DNA of 32,000 nucleotides from Horticoccus luteus (GTDB lineage: Bacteria; Verrucomicrobiota; Verrucomicrobiia; Opitutales; Opitutaceae): the NCBI RefSeq assembly GCF_019464535.1, contig NZ_CP080507.1:3270001-3302000 (forward strand), read 5' to 3'. The notes below the pieces were generated by a model, which did no database searches, was not told the origin of the DNA, and saw only the letters and a list, made by a program, of their open reading frames with translations. Positions within the stretch are counted from its first letter, which is position 1; each line of letters begins with the position of its first letter. The translations under genes and the position numbers were made by a program. Positions 9,851 to 17,720 of this stretch are shown here, one piece after another.

Positions 9851-10903
9851 ATGCTAAATCTCGCCATCATCGGTTGCGGCGTCATCGCCCAGTATCATCT
9901 TCGCGCGCTCGCGAAACTCACCACGGCCCGCGCCGCCGCCGTTTGCGATCTGCGCAGTGACGTCGCCCAAAAAACCGCCGCCGACTTCAATGTCCCGCGC
10001 TGGACGACGAGCGCGGACGAGCTCCTCGCCGATCCGTCGATCGACGCCGTCATTCTCGCGCTGCCCACCTGCGCGCGCACGCCCCTCGCCATCGAGGCCT
10101 TCCGCCGCGGCAAACACGTCCTCACGGAGAAACCCGTCGCGATGAACGCCGCCGATGTCCGTGCGATGCTCGCCGCGCAAGGCGACCGCGTCGGCGCGTG
10201 CTGCTCCTCGCGTTACCGTTCCTTCGAATCCACTCGTGTCGCCCGCGACTTTATTCGCACCGGCGCGCTCGGCGCCCTGCGCACCATCTCATGCCGCGCC
10301 GTCAACCCCGCCGGCAAGCCGCCCACAGGCATCCCGCCCGTCTGGCGCCTCCGCCGCGACCTCAACGGCGGCGGCCTCTTCGTCAACTGGGGCTGCTACG
10401 ATCTCGATTACCTTCTCGGTCTGCTCGACTTCAAACTCACGCCGCGCCACGTCCTCGCGCGCACGTGGCAGGTGGGCGCGCCCTTCGCCGCCTACGCCGC
10501 CCCTGGCTCCGATGGCGAAACACACGTCAACGCCCTCATCACCTTCGCGGAAGGCTGCGTGCTCGACTACGAACGCGCCGAATCCTCCACCCTGCCACCC
10601 GACAACCACTGGCAGATCGCCGGCGAACTCGGCACCCTCACCTTGCAGATGATCCGCCATCCCGACGCGAAAATCCTCTTCACGGAGGCCGATGCCACCA
10701 ACGGCACGCGCACCCGCGTCATCTGGGAAGGCGACGAATCGAAAGCCGGCGCCGAGCACGACGGCCCTGTCATCGATTTTGTCGACGCGATCCTCGAAAA
10801 ACGCGCGCCCCGCACCTCCTTGCAAGACGCCCTCCTTTTCGCCCGCCTCGCCGACGGCATCTACGCCTCCGCCGACCGCAACGAACCCGTCGCCTTCGAC
10901 TAA
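9851..10903 (+). CDS. Gfo/Idh/MocA family NAD(P)-dependent oxidoreductase
   Basis: N-terminal Rossmann LAIIGCGVIAQYH, DAVILALP and GKHVLTEKP motifs; 350 aa. Confidence 0.9.
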   Translation: MLNLAIIGCGVIAQYHLRALAKLTTARAAAVCDLRSDVAQKTAADFNVPRWTTSADELLADPSIDAVILALPTCARTPLAIEAFRRGKHVLTEKPVAMNAADVRAMLAAQGDRVGACCSSRYRSFESTRVARDFIRTGALGALRTISCRAVNPAGKPPTGIPPVWRLRRDLNGGGLFVNWGCYDLDYLLGLLDFKLTPRHVLARTWQVGAPFAAYAAPGSDGETHVNALITFAEGCVLDYERAESSTLPPDNHWQIAGELGTLTLQMIRHPDAKILFTEADATNGTRTRVIWEGDESKAGAEHDGPVIDFVDAILEKRAPRTSLQDALLFARLADGIYASADRNEPVAFD

Positions 10904-11027
10904 GGCTCTTTGCCGCGCGTCCGTGAAGGACGCCTCCGACTCAGGGAAAGCGCACAAACGGCCCTGCGCTTCCCCGCCGCGCACACCCGTTTTCTCCCAG
11001 GCGTGGCGCCAAATCTCCTGCGACGTT

Positions 11028-11050
11028 CCAGCCGCCCCTTCGGCGGCTGG
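11028..11050 (+). terminator. GC-rich hairpin (9-bp perfect stem, 5-nt loop) downstream of the oxidoreductase gene; possible terminator
   Basis: CCAGCCGCC-CCTTC-GGCGGCTGG read directly. Only a weak T-containing tail follows (tgcgccggaatttcatt). Confidence 0.3.
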
Positions 11051-11061
11051 TGCGCCGGAAT

Positions 11062-11091
11062 TTCATTCGTGTTCCTTCGTGTCCATTCGTG
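11062..11091. repeat. Three tandem 10-bp units TTCATTCGTG / TTCCTTCGTG / TCCATTCGTG
   Basis: Read directly. The TTCGTG core recurs at 11066, 11076 and 11086, about one helical turn apart. Confidence 0.6.
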
Positions 11092-11315
11092 GTTCAAAGG
11101 CATGTTCTGCGCATCCGAAGCCGTTCGCTCCCCGCGCCTTCGCCGCTTGAGCGAAGTTCAGACGTTCGCATGAGCGAATAAGAGGAGTCAGACCCCGTTT
11201 CGCGTGTCGGGTGCAGAGCTATTCTCCGTCAACGCAAGCGTGAGAATCAAAAAGATATAAACCTACGCGCCTCACCATTTTCACATAAACCGACAGGTTG
11301 ATCGTTCTTATATCT

Positions 11316-11326
11316 CCCCCCCCCCC
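11316..11326. repeat. Homopolymeric C11 tract in an AT-rich intergenic region
   Basis: Counted from the sequence: tatct-CCCCCCCCCCC-gaca. It lies 162 bp upstream of the ATG at 11488. Confidence 0.9.
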
Positions 11327-11487
11327 GACATAAAGCGAATGAATAGTCTACTCGACCGACGTTACTCTGTAGTGCCGTTCACATTCCTCTGTTATTTTAA
11401 TCTTGCAACGAGTTCGAGCATATATTCCGGACCTACCTTGGGCGAACTATACGAGGTGCCTTTAACCCCACTATGAATTAACACATC

Positions 11488-12270
11488 ATGAAAACACCGT
11501 CGTTTCTTCTCAGTGCCATTGCTGCCCTTCTATTTAGCTCCATCGTCGGCCATGCAGGCCCTGTGTTGATCGTAATGACGCCAGAGCTTATCAATGGGAT
11601 CGCGGCGGCGCCTCAGACTTACATGAGCGTCCCCGTGGGCAGTTCGTTAATTTTGACTACCAGCGACGCGATGAACGAACAGACAACCGGGAATGTGAGA
11701 ACCTACCAGTGGTCGAAAGACGGCGTCGCTATTTCCGGCGCAACGGCCGGAGCGCTCCCGTTATCCACCCTGAACGCAAGCGATAGTGGGCATTACACGA
11801 TTGAGCCGAGCTCATCGCCTCCGGGCTCGAATTCAATCATGAGCTATGTAGGCATTCATCTCAGCGTTGTGCCGCTCGGTCACCTCGGAAACACATCATC
11901 ACGACTAACCTTGAAGCTTGGGAACGACATCCAGATTTTTGGTTTCGTCGTTTCCGGTAGCGAATCCAAGCGGATGCTTATCCGCGTCGTCGGCCCTTCG
12001 CTCGCTGCTTTCGGCGTGCCCACCCCCGCAGCCCAGCCGCGCCTCAAACTCTATGACGCGCAAGGCCACGCGTTCGGGATCACGCCGACCACCTCGCCCG
12101 ATTGGAACGCATTGTTCGCGCAAACCGGCGCGTTCGCGCTGACGGGCGGTGAAGACCCGGATCAAACGTGCTCGTTGCAAATCTTCCCGCCCGGCTCGTA
12201 CACGGTGCAAGTCAGCGATGCCGCGACGCAGGGCGGAAATGTGTTGGTCGAAGTTTACGAGGTGCCCTGA
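11488..12270 (+). CDS. Secreted hypothetical protein: signal peptide, Ig-like (I-set-type) module, and a C-terminal beta-sandwich-type module ending VEVYEVP
   Basis: The N-terminus MKTPSFLLSAIAALLFSSIVGHA looks like a signal peptide. YQWSKDGVAISG...LNASDSGHYT resembles Ig I-set strands. The C-terminal part (NTSSR...IFGFVVSG...RMLIRVVGPSLAAFGV...PRLKLYD...PPGSYTVQV...VLVEVYEVP) matches a recurrent uncharacterised domain pattern I recall from Verrucomicrobia and Acidobacteria surface proteins; no name is asserted. GC is about 50-60% over the first two thirds, against about 68% in the flanking genes. Confidence 0.72.
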   Translation: MKTPSFLLSAIAALLFSSIVGHAGPVLIVMTPELINGIAAAPQTYMSVPVGSSLILTTSDAMNEQTTGNVRTYQWSKDGVAISGATAGALPLSTLNASDSGHYTIEPSSSPPGSNSIMSYVGIHLSVVPLGHLGNTSSRLTLKLGNDIQIFGFVVSGSESKRMLIRVVGPSLAAFGVPTPAAQPRLKLYDAQGHAFGITPTTSPDWNALFAQTGAFALTGGEDPDQTCSLQIFPPGSYTVQVSDAATQGGNVLVEVYEVP

Positions 12271-12341
12271 ACCGCCGTCCCGCTGCTTCCCTTGGTGAAC
12301 TTGTGTCCGAGCTCCGTGACCTCCGCGGCACATAGCGCGGC

Positions 12342-13700
12342 CTACGCCAACGCGCGCGCCATCTTCACCAGCGCCCGCGGCAGATCCGCGTGCACCTGCT
12401 TGAACGGCAGCTCGCCTACCATGATCGGCACAAATTCATCCGTGTAGCCCGACCGCTTCGACGCCGGCTCGTCCGGCGCGTAGCCGATTCCGCCCACCAG
12501 GCTCACCACCCACGTATGCGCATGCGGACTCCCCGCCATGATCGGTGCCTGCAACGCATGGAAAATCTCCAGCCCGCAGCCCAGCAGCGCCACCGGCCCG
12601 ATGCGCAACCCCTGCACGTTCACCTTTTTCTTCGGCGGCTTTTTTCCAACGTAGTCCGCCAGCAGCGAACGCAACCCCTGCAACCGCGACATATACAGCC
12701 CGTTCGTGTGCAGCGGCGGTTTGCCGATCTGCGTCGCATCCGTCACGCCCGGCGCCGCGAAAATCTGCTCGAACTCCGCGATCCGCGCCTCGACCGCGCT
12801 TCGCTTCCACAGCTTCCGCCCGAAGAAAACATCCTCGCGCGCCACGCCCAACTCCTCCGCCGCCATCGGCTGCGCGTCGCGCAAACCCGCCTCCACCGCC
12901 GCCGCGTATTTCTTCGACAGCACGCTCAACCCGCGCCGCGTCTCCGCCGGCCCGCGGTGACACACCGGCGGGTTGATGTCGCCGATCGCGCCCGCCAGAA
13001 AAATCGCCGTTGCGCCCGCGTGCTTCTGCTCGAGCTGCACCGACGCCAGCCCCACAAAATCTCCATGCACATCGAACGTCTGCTCGCTGCCCACCACCGC
13101 GTGGCAGCCGAAATGGTGCAATAGCCCGCGCAACTTTCCGCCCGCATACGCCGCCAGCACGCGCACCGTCGGGTCCGTATCCTGCGGCCGCGCCGGGCGA
13201 AACGTCGGGTCGAGGCGCACCTCAATCGGGTCAAACATCCACCCGCCTTTGTCCGTCTCGCGGTTCATCGCGATGCCCTCGCACGGCGCCTCGGCGTAAC
13301 GCCATTCCACTTCCTCGCGCGCCGCCCACGCCTTGGCCGCCGCCTCCGCCGCGCGCGAGGGCAGCGTCTCGACATAAATCCCATCCGCCTCGCCCCAGCC
13401 AAACGTCCCGCCCGTCGCCGGTCCGCTGTGCGTGTGCGTCACGGCGAGGAAAACCTCGTCCGCCTTGAGTCCCGTGCGCGCCGCCGCCGCTGCGCGGATT
13501 TTCTCCGCCAGCTCGCGATGCACGCCCACCAACTCCAGACTCAACACGAGCGCACGGCGCTTGCCCTGCGTCACGGCCATCGCGCGCGCCCGCAACGGCG
13601 ACGTGATTTTCGCCGCCGCGCGATTCCGATACGGGCCGTAACCCGCGAGCTGCACGCCGAGCCGCGGCGTGATGTCGCTGCTGGCGAAGCCCGCTTTCAT
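12342..13700 (-). CDS. Neutral/alkaline (non-lysosomal) ceramidase N-terminal-domain-like hydrolase
   Basis: 452 aa. FASSDITPRLGVQLAGYG and AVTHTHSGP are typical of the neutral ceramidase fold. The start overlaps the upstream DegT stop (ATGA at 13697-13700). Confidence 0.8.
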   Translation of the reverse strand: MKAGFASSDITPRLGVQLAGYGPYRNRAAAKITSPLRARAMAVTQGKRRALVLSLELVGVHRELAEKIRAAAAARTGLKADEVFLAVTHTHSGPATGGTFGWGEADGIYVETLPSRAAEAAAKAWAAREEVEWRYAEAPCEGIAMNRETDKGGWMFDPIEVRLDPTFRPARPQDTDPTVRVLAAYAGGKLRGLLHHFGCHAVVGSEQTFDVHGDFVGLASVQLEQKHAGATAIFLAGAIGDINPPVCHRGPAETRRGLSVLSKKYAAAVEAGLRDAQPMAAEELGVAREDVFFGRKLWKRSAVEARIAEFEQIFAAPGVTDATQIGKPPLHTNGLYMSRLQGLRSLLADYVGKKPPKKKVNVQGLRIGPVALLGCGLEIFHALQAPIMAGSPHAHTWVVSLVGGIGYAPDEPASKRSGYTDEFVPIMVGELPFKQVHADLPRALVKMARALA

Positions 13701-15025
13701 CCGCGCACCGCGGGCGCGGCCGGGCCGGCGACGCGCTCGTGATCGCGCAACGCGTCGATGTTGGCCTCCACCTTGAGAATGATCTCCGCCATGCGGGCCA
13801 CCATAGGCTCGTTCGGTGCCACCATGTCAAAACCCGTCTCCAACGCATGATCCACGCGCCAGCGCGCGTTGGGCAGCGGCAGATTGCGGTAATCCACTTT
13901 GGCCGCTTCGAGCGACGCCAGCCACGACACGCGCGGCCCGCGGTAATCCTGCCAGTGCAAGCGCGGCCAGTCGGAAATCGGCGACGGCACGTAGCCGACC
14001 ATGTTCAACCCCTCGGCTTTCACCGCCGCTGCAAACGTGTCGCGACTGATGCCCGCCGCTTCGGAATCAAACGTGAACGACAACAAATGATACGACGGCT
14101 TCACGCCCGCGGCGTAGTTCGGCAGTTTCAGGAATTGCGCGCCGGCCAGGTGACCGCGCAAAAGATTAGCGTGGCGGCGACGCTCCGCGAGTTCGGCATC
14201 GAGCTTCCCAAACTGCTCCGTGAGCAGCACCGCGTTGAACGGCTCCACGCGATAAGTGTAAACCAGCGAGTCGCGATACGGCGCGAGCTCGGCCGGCATG
14301 CCGCCATCCGAAAACCTGCCCATATGCTGCCCGATCATCGCGCCCTTCCAGTAAACCGACTCGTGCGGCGTGACCATATAACCGGCCTCGGTCGTCGCGA
14401 GGACCTTGCCGCCCATGCAAGAAAACCCGGCCGCATCGCCCACGGTGCCGACCCGGATGCCGTCAATCTCGGCGCCATGCGCCTGACTGCCATCCTCGAT
14501 GAGCATGAGCTTGTGCTTGTCCGCGATGGCGCGCAGCCGCTTGAGATTCGCCGGCTGGCCAAAAATGTGCACCGCCAGAATCGCCTTCGTGCGCGGCGTG
14601 ATGGCCGCCTCGATTTGCGCGGGATCGATGAGCCCCGTTTCGCGTTCCACATCGACGAAGATCGGAATCGCCGTCTGGTGCAGGATGCAGGAAATCGACG
14701 CGCCCCACGTGTAAGGCGTCGTGATCACTTCGTCGCCGCAGCAGATTTCCAAACCCGCCAGCGCCGATTGCAGCGCCGCGTGCCCCGAACTCGTGGCCAT
14801 CACGTGGCGGTTGCCATGATAGCGGGAAATAACCGCCTCGGCCTCGCCGATCTCCGGCACGTGCTTTTTGCCGAGCCCGAACAGCTTGCCGGCCCGCAAC
14901 ATCTCGGCGGTGCGCTCGATCGCGCGATCCGTGAACGTCGGAAATTTCGGATAAGTGATTTTTCCGACCGGGGTGCCGCCCAAGAGGGCGAGTTTGGAAG
15001 CCGCAGGGGCCAGGGTTGAACTCAT
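13697..15025 (-). CDS. DegT/DnrJ/EryC1/StrS-family PLP-dependent aminotransferase (442 aa, long form)
   Basis: ATSSGHAALQSAL, VITTPYTW, AILAVHIFGQP, LIEDGSQAHG, and GFSCMGGKVLATTEAG (putative PLP-Lys). Confidence 0.88.
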   Translation of the reverse strand: MSSTLAPAASKLALLGGTPVGKITYPKFPTFTDRAIERTAEMLRAGKLFGLGKKHVPEIGEAEAVISRYHGNRHVMATSSGHAALQSALAGLEICCGDEVITTPYTWGASISCILHQTAIPIFVDVERETGLIDPAQIEAAITPRTKAILAVHIFGQPANLKRLRAIADKHKLMLIEDGSQAHGAEIDGIRVGTVGDAAGFSCMGGKVLATTEAGYMVTPHESVYWKGAMIGQHMGRFSDGGMPAELAPYRDSLVYTYRVEPFNAVLLTEQFGKLDAELAERRRHANLLRGHLAGAQFLKLPNYAAGVKPSYHLLSFTFDSEAAGISRDTFAAAVKAEGLNMVGYVPSPISDWPRLHWQDYRGPRVSWLASLEAAKVDYRNLPLPNARWRVDHALETGFDMVAPNEPMVARMAEIILKVEANIDALRDHERVAGPAAPAVRG

Positions 15026-15091
15026 GATGCCCCAACGTAACAGATTCGCCCCCGCGCGGGAATGGCCGCCCTTACAAAATCATGCCCGAAT

Positions 15092-15814
15092 TTACGCTCC
15101 GGCAGCGCCGCCTGGCGGCGGATCGTAGCGATAGCCGACGCCGTGCACCGTCGCGATCGCGCCGTCATCGGCGGACGCTTCCAGTTTTTTCCGCAACTGC
15201 GCCACGTGCTGGTCGAGCGTCCGCGTCGTGCCGAGATAGTCCACGCCCCACACCGCGTTGAGCAACGCGTCGCGCGACAACACTTCGCCCGCGTGCGCCG
15301 CGAACACGTCCGCCAGCTTCAATTCCCGCGCCGTCAACGCCACCGTGCGCCCGCCGACCGTCGCCGTGAACTTCCGTCGGTCGATCTCCGCCGCGCCCAC
15401 ACGAAACACCGCCGCCCCCGCGTCCGCGGCCACCGGCGCGCTGCTCTGCCGCCCACGCCGCAACAACGCTTCGATGCGCGCCAGCAGTTCGTGCACGCCA
15501 AACGGTTTCGTCACGTAATCATCCGCGCCCAACTTCAAGCCGACGACCTTGTCGATCTCCTCGCCTTTCGCCGTCAGCAGCAGCACCGGCAACCGCGCTC
15601 CTCGCCCGCGCAACTCCCGGCACACATCGTAGCCGCTCGCCTTGGGCATCATCACATCGAGCACCACGAGATCGAATTTGTCCTGCGCAAAAAGTTTCAA
15701 CGCCTGCGCGCCATCCGCCGCCGCCGTGACCGCGTAGCCCTCGCTTTCCAACGTGGCGATGAGGCCGAGCCGGATGTTGGCGTCGTCTTCCGCGATCAGG
15801 ATTTTAGCTCTCAT
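15092..15814 (-). CDS. OmpR/PhoB-family two-component response regulator
   Basis: The internal ATG at 15814 gives MRAKILIAEDDANIRLGL...DLVVLDVMMP...LLLTAKG...GADDYVTKPF, plus a winged-helix C-terminus (LTARELKL...RTLDQHVAQLRKKL...VHGVGYRY). Confidence 0.93.
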   Translation of the reverse strand: MRAKILIAEDDANIRLGLIATLESEGYAVTAAADGAQALKLFAQDKFDLVVLDVMMPKASGYDVCRELRGRGARLPVLLLTAKGEEIDKVVGLKLGADDYVTKPFGVHELLARIEALLRRGRQSSAPVAADAGAAVFRVGAAEIDRRKFTATVGGRTVALTARELKLADVFAAHAGEVLSRDALLNAVWGVDYLGTTRTLDQHVAQLRKKLEASADDGAIATVHGVGYRYDPPPGGAAGA

Positions 15815-17699
15815 GGTCGTCGTCCTTCCCGTTTTCAGCCGCCGGTAATTCGAAAACAAACTCTGCGCCGCCACCGGCGCGCGCCTCGTAACGCAACTCG
15901 CCGCCGAGTCCCCGCGCCAGTTGCCGTGCAATGCTCAACCCCAGCCCCGCGCCGCTCCTTTCCGCGGTGAGCGCCTCGTCGACCCGATGGAATTTTTCGA
16001 AAATCCGCTCCGTGTGCCCCGCCCGCACGCCCGGCCCGCGATCAGCCACGCGCACGTCCGTGCGTCCCGCCAACGGCCGCAGCATCACGCTCACCTCGCC
16101 GCCGCCCGCCGCGTATTTCAGCGCATTGTCGAGGAGGTTGAGCACGATTTGCTCCACCGCATCGCGATCCGCCATCACCCGCACCGGCGTGGCCGGTAAC
16201 ACTCGCTGCACCGTCAGTCCGCCCTCGGCCAGACGCGGCGCATGCGTGTCGAGCAGCCGCGTCAACTCCGCCGTGAGATCGATCTCCTCGCGCGCATATT
16301 TTTTCTTCCCCTGCTCCAGCCGGCTGAAATCCAGCGCGTTGTTGACCAGCCGCGCCAGCCGCTGCGTTTCCCGGCTGATCGTCTGCAAATAACCGCCCGC
16401 CTGCGCCGCATCGCGCACGCGCCCCTGTTCGAGCAACTCCGCGTAAAGGCGGATTGTCGTCAGCGGCGTCTTGAACTCGTGCGACACGTTCGCGACGAAC
16501 GACGTCTTTTGCGCCGCCTCCCCGTCGCTGCGCCGCGCCTGCGCCGCCAGCAATCCGCCGCCGACCAGAATCGCGCACACGAATAAAGCCACCAGCAGCA
16601 CGCCCAAACCGAAAAATCCGCCGCCGCCCGAACCGCCGCCGCCGACCGGCGAGAAAAACGCCGCCACTTCCCAGCCTGGCAGGCTCGCGGGCGCGAGCGG
16701 CAGTCGCGCCGCCGGCTCGCTCATTCGTCCCGGAATCGCACCGGCCTGATGCATCACCCGCCCGCGCGGATCGAGCAGCGCATAACCCTCGCCCTGCTCC
16801 GGCTCCGCCGGCAACACGCCACCCAACCGGCTGATCAACGCCGCCATTTCCAACTCCACGCCGCGCACCTCACCCGCTCCGCCCGGTTGCACCCAGCCGA
16901 GCACATGCCCGCGGCCCTCGTCATCCTTCCACGCGACCCAATCCCGCCGATCCGGAACCGTTTCCGGCACCGCCGGGGCGCTCGCCGCTGGAGTCGCCGC
17001 CGCGTAGCTGTCACCCGCCCTTGCCGTCTCCTCACCTTCGCGGCGACGCTCCGCGGTCCCTTCTGATTTCATGGCGCGCGACGATGCCGGATAATTGCTG
17101 GTGCTCTTGGCGAGGGCCTGCGCATCGCGTCGCGCCGACTGCACCTGCGCCACGTTCGCCGCCACCTGTCTGCGGGCCCGCTGGTCCGCGAACTCTTTTT
17201 CCGCCGCGTCCTTCGCCGCGGCCAACGCCTTCGCTCCCGGCGTCTGCACCCACGGCGCGTGCCCGCCAAATTCCCGGTTGAACCGCCGCAAAAATCCTCG
17301 CGCCGCCTCATCGTCGGCGCGGCCATCCGGCCGGAGGATGCGGCCGCCCGCCGTCGCGCGAAACGCCGTCCGCACGAGCGGATTGCCCTGCTCCCACTGC
17401 GCCATGAACGCGTCGAGATTCCCCGCCGGCTCAGCCGCCAAAGTGTCGAGCAACCCCGTCTGCACATCGCCGATGAGCAACTCCGCGTTTTCCGCGATGA
17501 GTCGCGTCCGCGCCGCGATCGCCGCACGCCGCGCCGCTTCCGCCTGCGAGCCGCGCTCTGCCACCCGCGCCTGTTCGCGGCGGAGCAGAAAAACCGCCGC
17601 GCCACCCACGCCCAACGCCGGCACCAGCAACAGGAGCCAGTAGAGGAGAATGCGGCGCGCGGCGGACGACACGGCGGGACGGTAGCGGACGCACCGCAA
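15804..17699 (-). CDS. Sensor histidine kinase with a large periplasmic domain
   Basis: H-box VSHEFKTPL, N-box LLDNALKY, G1 DRGPGV, G2 GAGLGLSI. Two TM segments (ILLYWLLLLVPALGVGGAAVFLL and FFGLGVLLVALFVCAILVGGGLLAA). The start is uncertain: TTG at 17699 or GTG at 17672, with no in-frame ATG nearby. The stop overlaps the regulator start by 11 nt. Confidence 0.9.
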   Translation of the reverse strand: MRCVRYRPAVSSAARRILLYWLLLLVPALGVGGAAVFLLRREQARVAERGSQAEAARRAAIAARTRLIAENAELLIGDVQTGLLDTLAAEPAGNLDAFMAQWEQGNPLVRTAFRATAGGRILRPDGRADDEAARGFLRRFNREFGGHAPWVQTPGAKALAAAKDAAEKEFADQRARRQVAANVAQVQSARRDAQALAKSTSNYPASSRAMKSEGTAERRREGEETARAGDSYAAATPAASAPAVPETVPDRRDWVAWKDDEGRGHVLGWVQPGGAGEVRGVELEMAALISRLGGVLPAEPEQGEGYALLDPRGRVMHQAGAIPGRMSEPAARLPLAPASLPGWEVAAFFSPVGGGGSGGGGFFGLGVLLVALFVCAILVGGGLLAAQARRSDGEAAQKTSFVANVSHEFKTPLTTIRLYAELLEQGRVRDAAQAGGYLQTISRETQRLARLVNNALDFSRLEQGKKKYAREEIDLTAELTRLLDTHAPRLAEGGLTVQRVLPATPVRVMADRDAVEQIVLNLLDNALKYAAGGGEVSVMLRPLAGRTDVRVADRGPGVRAGHTERIFEKFHRVDEALTAERSGAGLGLSIARQLARGLGGELRYEARAGGGAEFVFELPAAENGKDDDHES

Positions 17700-17720
17700 T
17701 TGAAAAGACGCGAAACGCTC

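Noticed and set aside
10917-10933. Hairpin GCGTCC-GTGAA-GGACGC right after the oxidoreductase stop, and a similar TTCGCGC-CGC-GCGCGAA at 24504-24520 in the gap between the desaturase 3' end and the beta-mannosidase start
   Set aside because: Both are short stems without U-tracts. They could form by chance in GC-rich DNA, so they are not called as terminators.
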